DNA of 64,000 nt from Thermoproteota archaeon (GTDB taxonomy: Archaea > Korarchaeota > Korarchaeia > B14-G2), in the NCBI GenBank assembly GCA_037917675.1, contig JAVCBW010000005.1, positions 120,804 to 184,803 on the forward strand, written 5' to 3'. Below, piece by piece: positions 60,782 through 64,000 of this stretch. Both the position numbers and the translations under genes were made by a program. Every line of letters begins with the position of its first letter. The first letter of the stretch is position 1. The notes beneath the pieces were generated by a model. The model ran no database searches and was not told the origin of the DNA. It worked only from the letters and a program-made list of their open reading frames with translations.

Positions 60782-61933
60782 ATCTATTTCACTGAACTCC
60801 TCGTGAGGGATAGCAGCTACTACCATAGGTGACCCTAGGACAGCTTCTCTTAAACTTGGAGCAGATATGCTGGGGGCGTGAGGATCATAGACTTTCACCT
60901 TGAACCCTCTTTTACGGAGCTCTTCTATGAGCTTGAGAGCCATTGACCCACGTGTATCAGGCACATTCCTCTTATAGGAGGCTCCGAGAACTGTGATCTT
61001 CCTGGTGAGATGAAGTCTGCTAGCAATAGACTCTATGATGTTAGCTGCGTGGATAGGCATGCTCTCATTGACTTTGCGTGCAGCCTTGATGACATGTAGT
61101 GGGGCACCTACTTTCTTAGCTAATGCAGCTATGTGATAGCTAGCTGCAGGGATACACTCGCCACCGGCACCGAGCCCAGCATAAAATGGCATGAAGCCAA
61201 AGGGCTTGGTGGAAGCAGCCTTGATAACCTCACTGAAGTCTATGCCAAGCCTGCCAAATATTAGCGCAAGCTCATTAACCAACGCCACATTAACGTCTCT
61301 AAAAACGTTCTCAAGTAGCTTAGCGCACTCAGCAACCTTAGGGGAGCTCACAGGATAGACCTCAGCCTCAAGAATACTTCTATAGAAGCTCAGAGCAGCC
61401 TCTAGGCTCCTAGAGCCAATTCCACCGACAACCCGCGGGATGTTACCAACCCACCATCTCTCACTCCCTCTACTAACCCTCTCAGGACAGTAAGCCAAGT
61501 AGAAGTCAGCCTCACATCTAAGCCCACTCTCTTCTAGAATCCTCCTAGCAATACCCTCAGTAGTCCCAGGTGGAACAGTAGACTCTATGATAACAAGCTT
61601 ACCTCTATCTAACCCAAGTGAAACAGACCTTAAAGCATCTAATAGAGGAGATAAATTAGATCCATAGGCATCAGCTGAAGTAGACACACAAAGGACTATA
61701 ACATTACAGTGCTTAACAGCACTAACCCCATCAACAGTAGCCCTTAACCTACCCCTAATCTTGTTAAACTCCCTCAAAAGCAGAGAATCCAGCTCAACAG
61801 GACAAGCACCCTCATTAACATACCTGACCTTACTCTCATCTACATCTACACCAATAACATCAAACCCACGCCTAGCACAAGCAACCATTAAACCAAAGCC
61901 AACATAACCTAAGCCAAATACAGCAACCCTCAT
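60668..61933 (-). CDS. wecC: Nucleotide-sugar dehydrogenase (UDP-ManNAc/UDP-GlcNAc 6-dehydrogenase-like)
   Basis: GLGYVG, ESTVPPGTT, CPER, KLLEN.FR, GG.CIP, YKRNV.D.R. Confidence 0.88.
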   Translation of the reverse strand: MRVAVFGLGYVGFGLMVACARRGFDVIGVDVDESKVRYVNEGACPVELDSLLLREFNKIRGRLRATVDGVSAVKHCNVIVLCVSTSADAYGSNLSPLLDALRSVSLGLDRGKLVIIESTVPPGTTEGIARRILEESGLRCEADFYLAYCPERVSRGSERWWVGNIPRVVGGIGSRSLEAALSFYRSILEAEVYPVSSPKVAECAKLLENVFRDVNVALVNELALIFGRLGIDFSEVIKAASTKPFGFMPFYAGLGAGGECIPAASYHIAALAKKVGAPLHVIKAARKVNESMPIHAANIIESIASRLHLTRKITVLGASYKRNVPDTRGSMALKLIEELRKRGFKVKVYDPHAPSISAPSLREAVLGSPMVVAAIPHEEFSEIDLRWIREQGVAVIIDIPGIWSPTQAREAGLIYHSIWTT

Positions 61934-62063
61934 ACTGATCTCCCTCCAGATAACAGGTCAACACGACCTAATAAAGCTAATATAGTCTAAGGAGGAAGAT
62001 TTCTCTCGACCTCCAGTCTCCTTACAGAAGATATTATGCTCTTTAATATAATCTACTATATGA

Positions 62064-63140
62064 ATGCTGATGATTATGATAGTGATACCGATAGGTACTA
62101 AGGGTATGCTCATTAAAATGGCAGGTGTAATCAAAGAACTTGATAAAATTGGGTTAGAATATTATCTAATATCATTAAATGAACATGGAAGGTCTCTTAA
62201 TAAGATAAGAGAGCTGTTCAACATAAGAGAGTTCGATCTAGAAGTGGAGTATCCTTTGGACGTGAGTAGTGTTCGTGAGATCCCAGTATGGCTGCTTAGA
62301 GTCTTAAAGGGAAGCTTGATAAGAGAGACAAAAACTGGGTGCATCGTATTAATACAGGGAGATACAGCTTCATCCTTAGTATCGCTTTGTTTGAGCATCA
62401 AAGCCAAGAAGAAAGTAGCACATATTGAGGCTGGTTTAAGAAGTGGTGATATATTTAACCCATTTCCAGAAGAGATTATTAGACGCATAATAGATAAGTT
62501 CTCAAGCATACTTTATGCTCCAACCATCTGGGCCTATAAAAATCTGAGAAATGAGAAAATAAATGGGGATATAGTATATACCAGAGGAAACACTGTGAAA
62601 GACGCTGTGAGATATGCTCTTGAAAGAAAGTCTGCACTTTCTCCTCCTAACGAGCCGTTCATATTACTCTCTATTCATAGAGTAGAGAATATATTCTCTA
62701 GCAAGAGAATAAAGCTACTATATAAAGCCATTGAACATGTAAACTTACCAATTATATGGCCTCTTCATGAAAGTACCAAGAAAAGGTTAGTGAAGTCAAA
62801 GCTCTATTCGAAATTTATCAATAAAGACAATATCAGGTTCATGGGTTTAATGGATTATATAAGCTTTATTCACTTTATGAAAAGAGCAGAATTCATTATT
62901 ACAGATGGAGGAGGCCCCCAAGAAGAAGCATTCTACCTGGGTACTCCCTGCCTCATATTCAGAAAGAAAACAGAGCATATAGAGGGGATAAGATGGAATG
63001 CTGAATTATCAGAGTATAATCTGAGGAAAATATTCGATTTTATCAGTAATTACCATAGTTTTAGGAAAAAGCAAATCTTAACCTCACCTTCTCCGTCAGA
63101 GATTATTGCCAGAGATATTAAAGCAAGAATCGAAGAATAA
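62064..63140 (+). CDS. wecB: Second, AT-rich UDP-N-acetylglucosamine 2-epimerase paralog
   Basis: QGDT, HIEAGLRS, PFPEE, HR.EN, TDGGGPQEEA. Confidence 0.85.
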   Translation: MLMIMIVIPIGTKGMLIKMAGVIKELDKIGLEYYLISLNEHGRSLNKIRELFNIREFDLEVEYPLDVSSVREIPVWLLRVLKGSLIRETKTGCIVLIQGDTASSLVSLCLSIKAKKKVAHIEAGLRSGDIFNPFPEEIIRRIIDKFSSILYAPTIWAYKNLRNEKINGDIVYTRGNTVKDAVRYALERKSALSPPNEPFILLSIHRVENIFSSKRIKLLYKAIEHVNLPIIWPLHESTKKRLVKSKLYSKFINKDNIRFMGLMDYISFIHFMKRAEFIITDGGGPQEEAFYLGTPCLIFRKKTEHIEGIRWNAELSEYNLRKIFDFISNYHSFRKKQILTSPSPSEIIARDIKARIEE

Positions 63141-63513
63141 CATGTGGCACAGTAACCTTTATCGTTTAATCTTCTAGCCCACACATTAAGGACGTGCTTC
63201 TGCTGTAGAACTGACGCTATGAAGTTGTTTGCTGCTTTTTGCACAAACTGGTAGCCTTTGCAGTATTTAGCAGCAAGAACTTACATAATGTGCCATGAAA
63301 CATTAGAGACGGCTCTTCTAATAAAGGTGTATAGTTCATAGTTCAGAGTTCAGCTACTTCTCATTAGGCTGTATGACCTCGTAAATAATCATAGCTACTG
63401 CTAGATTAGGGTATTCATAGTCCTATTATCTTGAATTAATCTCGCCCCTAATAGTATTTTAAAAAGAGCTTAAATAATAATAGCTAGAGGATTATGATGT
63501 TTTCTTAAGAGGT

Positions 63514-63524
63514 AAAGTTTTATA
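63514..63524 (+). promoter_or_regulatory. BRE/TATA promoter of pilin 2
   Basis: AAAG followed by TTTTATA, similar to the pilin 1 promoter. Confidence 0.55.
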
Positions 63525-63559
63525 GCTCTCTAAGCAAGGCAAGTAAATGGATGGTGGAG

Positions 63560-64000
63560 ATGTTAAGAAGAAGAGGTATACATCCTGTTGTGGCAACTAT
63601 TCTTCTCATAGCTATAGCAATAGCAGCGGTAGCGATCGTAGGTATATGGTATGTGAGCTTCCAGAGCAGGATGCAAGAGGAAACAGAGAGGAAGACAGCA
63701 GAAGGAGAAGAAGCAAGGCAAAGGGGATCGATAAAAATAGAGAAGATATCTGCAACAAGCAGTGAACTCACAGTCTATGTCAGGAACACAGGGACGATAG
63801 AAGTCACAGTAGACAAAGTCTTTGTAACAGATAAAAATGGGAAAGTCACAGTGGTGGATTGGGGTGCTACATTATCTCCTGGAAGCTTAAAGGGAACAAG
63901 CTTTAATGTCGGGGGGCTTAGCACAGGTGCAGGAGACACTTTGACTGTGAAGGTTGTGACTGAAGAGGGAGCTTCAGCTGAAGCAGCAGTCACTATACCA
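63560..64000 (+). CDS. Archaeal type IV pilin (pilin 2), paralog of pilin 1; runs off the window; not in ORF track
   Basis: MLRRRG|IHPVVATILLIAIAIAAVAI...SFQSRMQEETE...VRNTG...TVKVVTEEGASAEAAVTIP, open to base 64000. Confidence 0.92.
   Translation, partial: MLRRRGIHPVVATILLIAIAIAAVAIVGIWYVSFQSRMQEETERKTAEGEEARQRGSIKIEKISATSSELTVYVRNTGTIEVTVDKVFVTDKNGKVTVVDWGATLSPGSLKGTSFNVGGLSTGAGDTLTVKVVTEEGASAEAAVTIP

Overview
Gene-dense archaeal chromosome segment, most likely from an uncultivated (hyper)thermophilic Thermoproteota/TACK lineage. The assignment is inferred from rpS25e, rpS26e, Hjc, tetraether synthase Tes, archaeal SHMT, Mch, a crenarchaeal-loop splicing endonuclease and a two-intron tRNA. 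About 1-50 kb is mostly housekeeping: tRNA maturation (endA, rnz, cca, trmI, sua5-kae1), guaB-guaA, gltX, hsp20-cdc48 and lipid synthesis. It also holds a compact Flp/Tad-like pilus locus (9-12.7 kb) and an uncharacterised site-2 protease / PD-(D/E)XK nuclease / inactive HerA-like operon (45.6-48.7 kb). From about 50 kb a second type IV pilus locus is followed by an AT-richer glycosylation island (three GT-C-like genes, two GT2, wecC, a second wecB) bracketed by two paralogous pilin genes. Items absent from the ORF track and found by reading the sequence: tRNA-Pro(GGG) with two 12-nt introns, a box C/D sRNA, a structured RNA resembling an orphan tnpB 3'-end (reRNA/omegaRNA), two small Zn-finger ORFs, the second pilin, apparent CTG start codons, a 45-nt exact repeat inside cdc48, and strong local A+C versus G+T skew domains. 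All family calls come from motif recognition by eye; no database searches were run.
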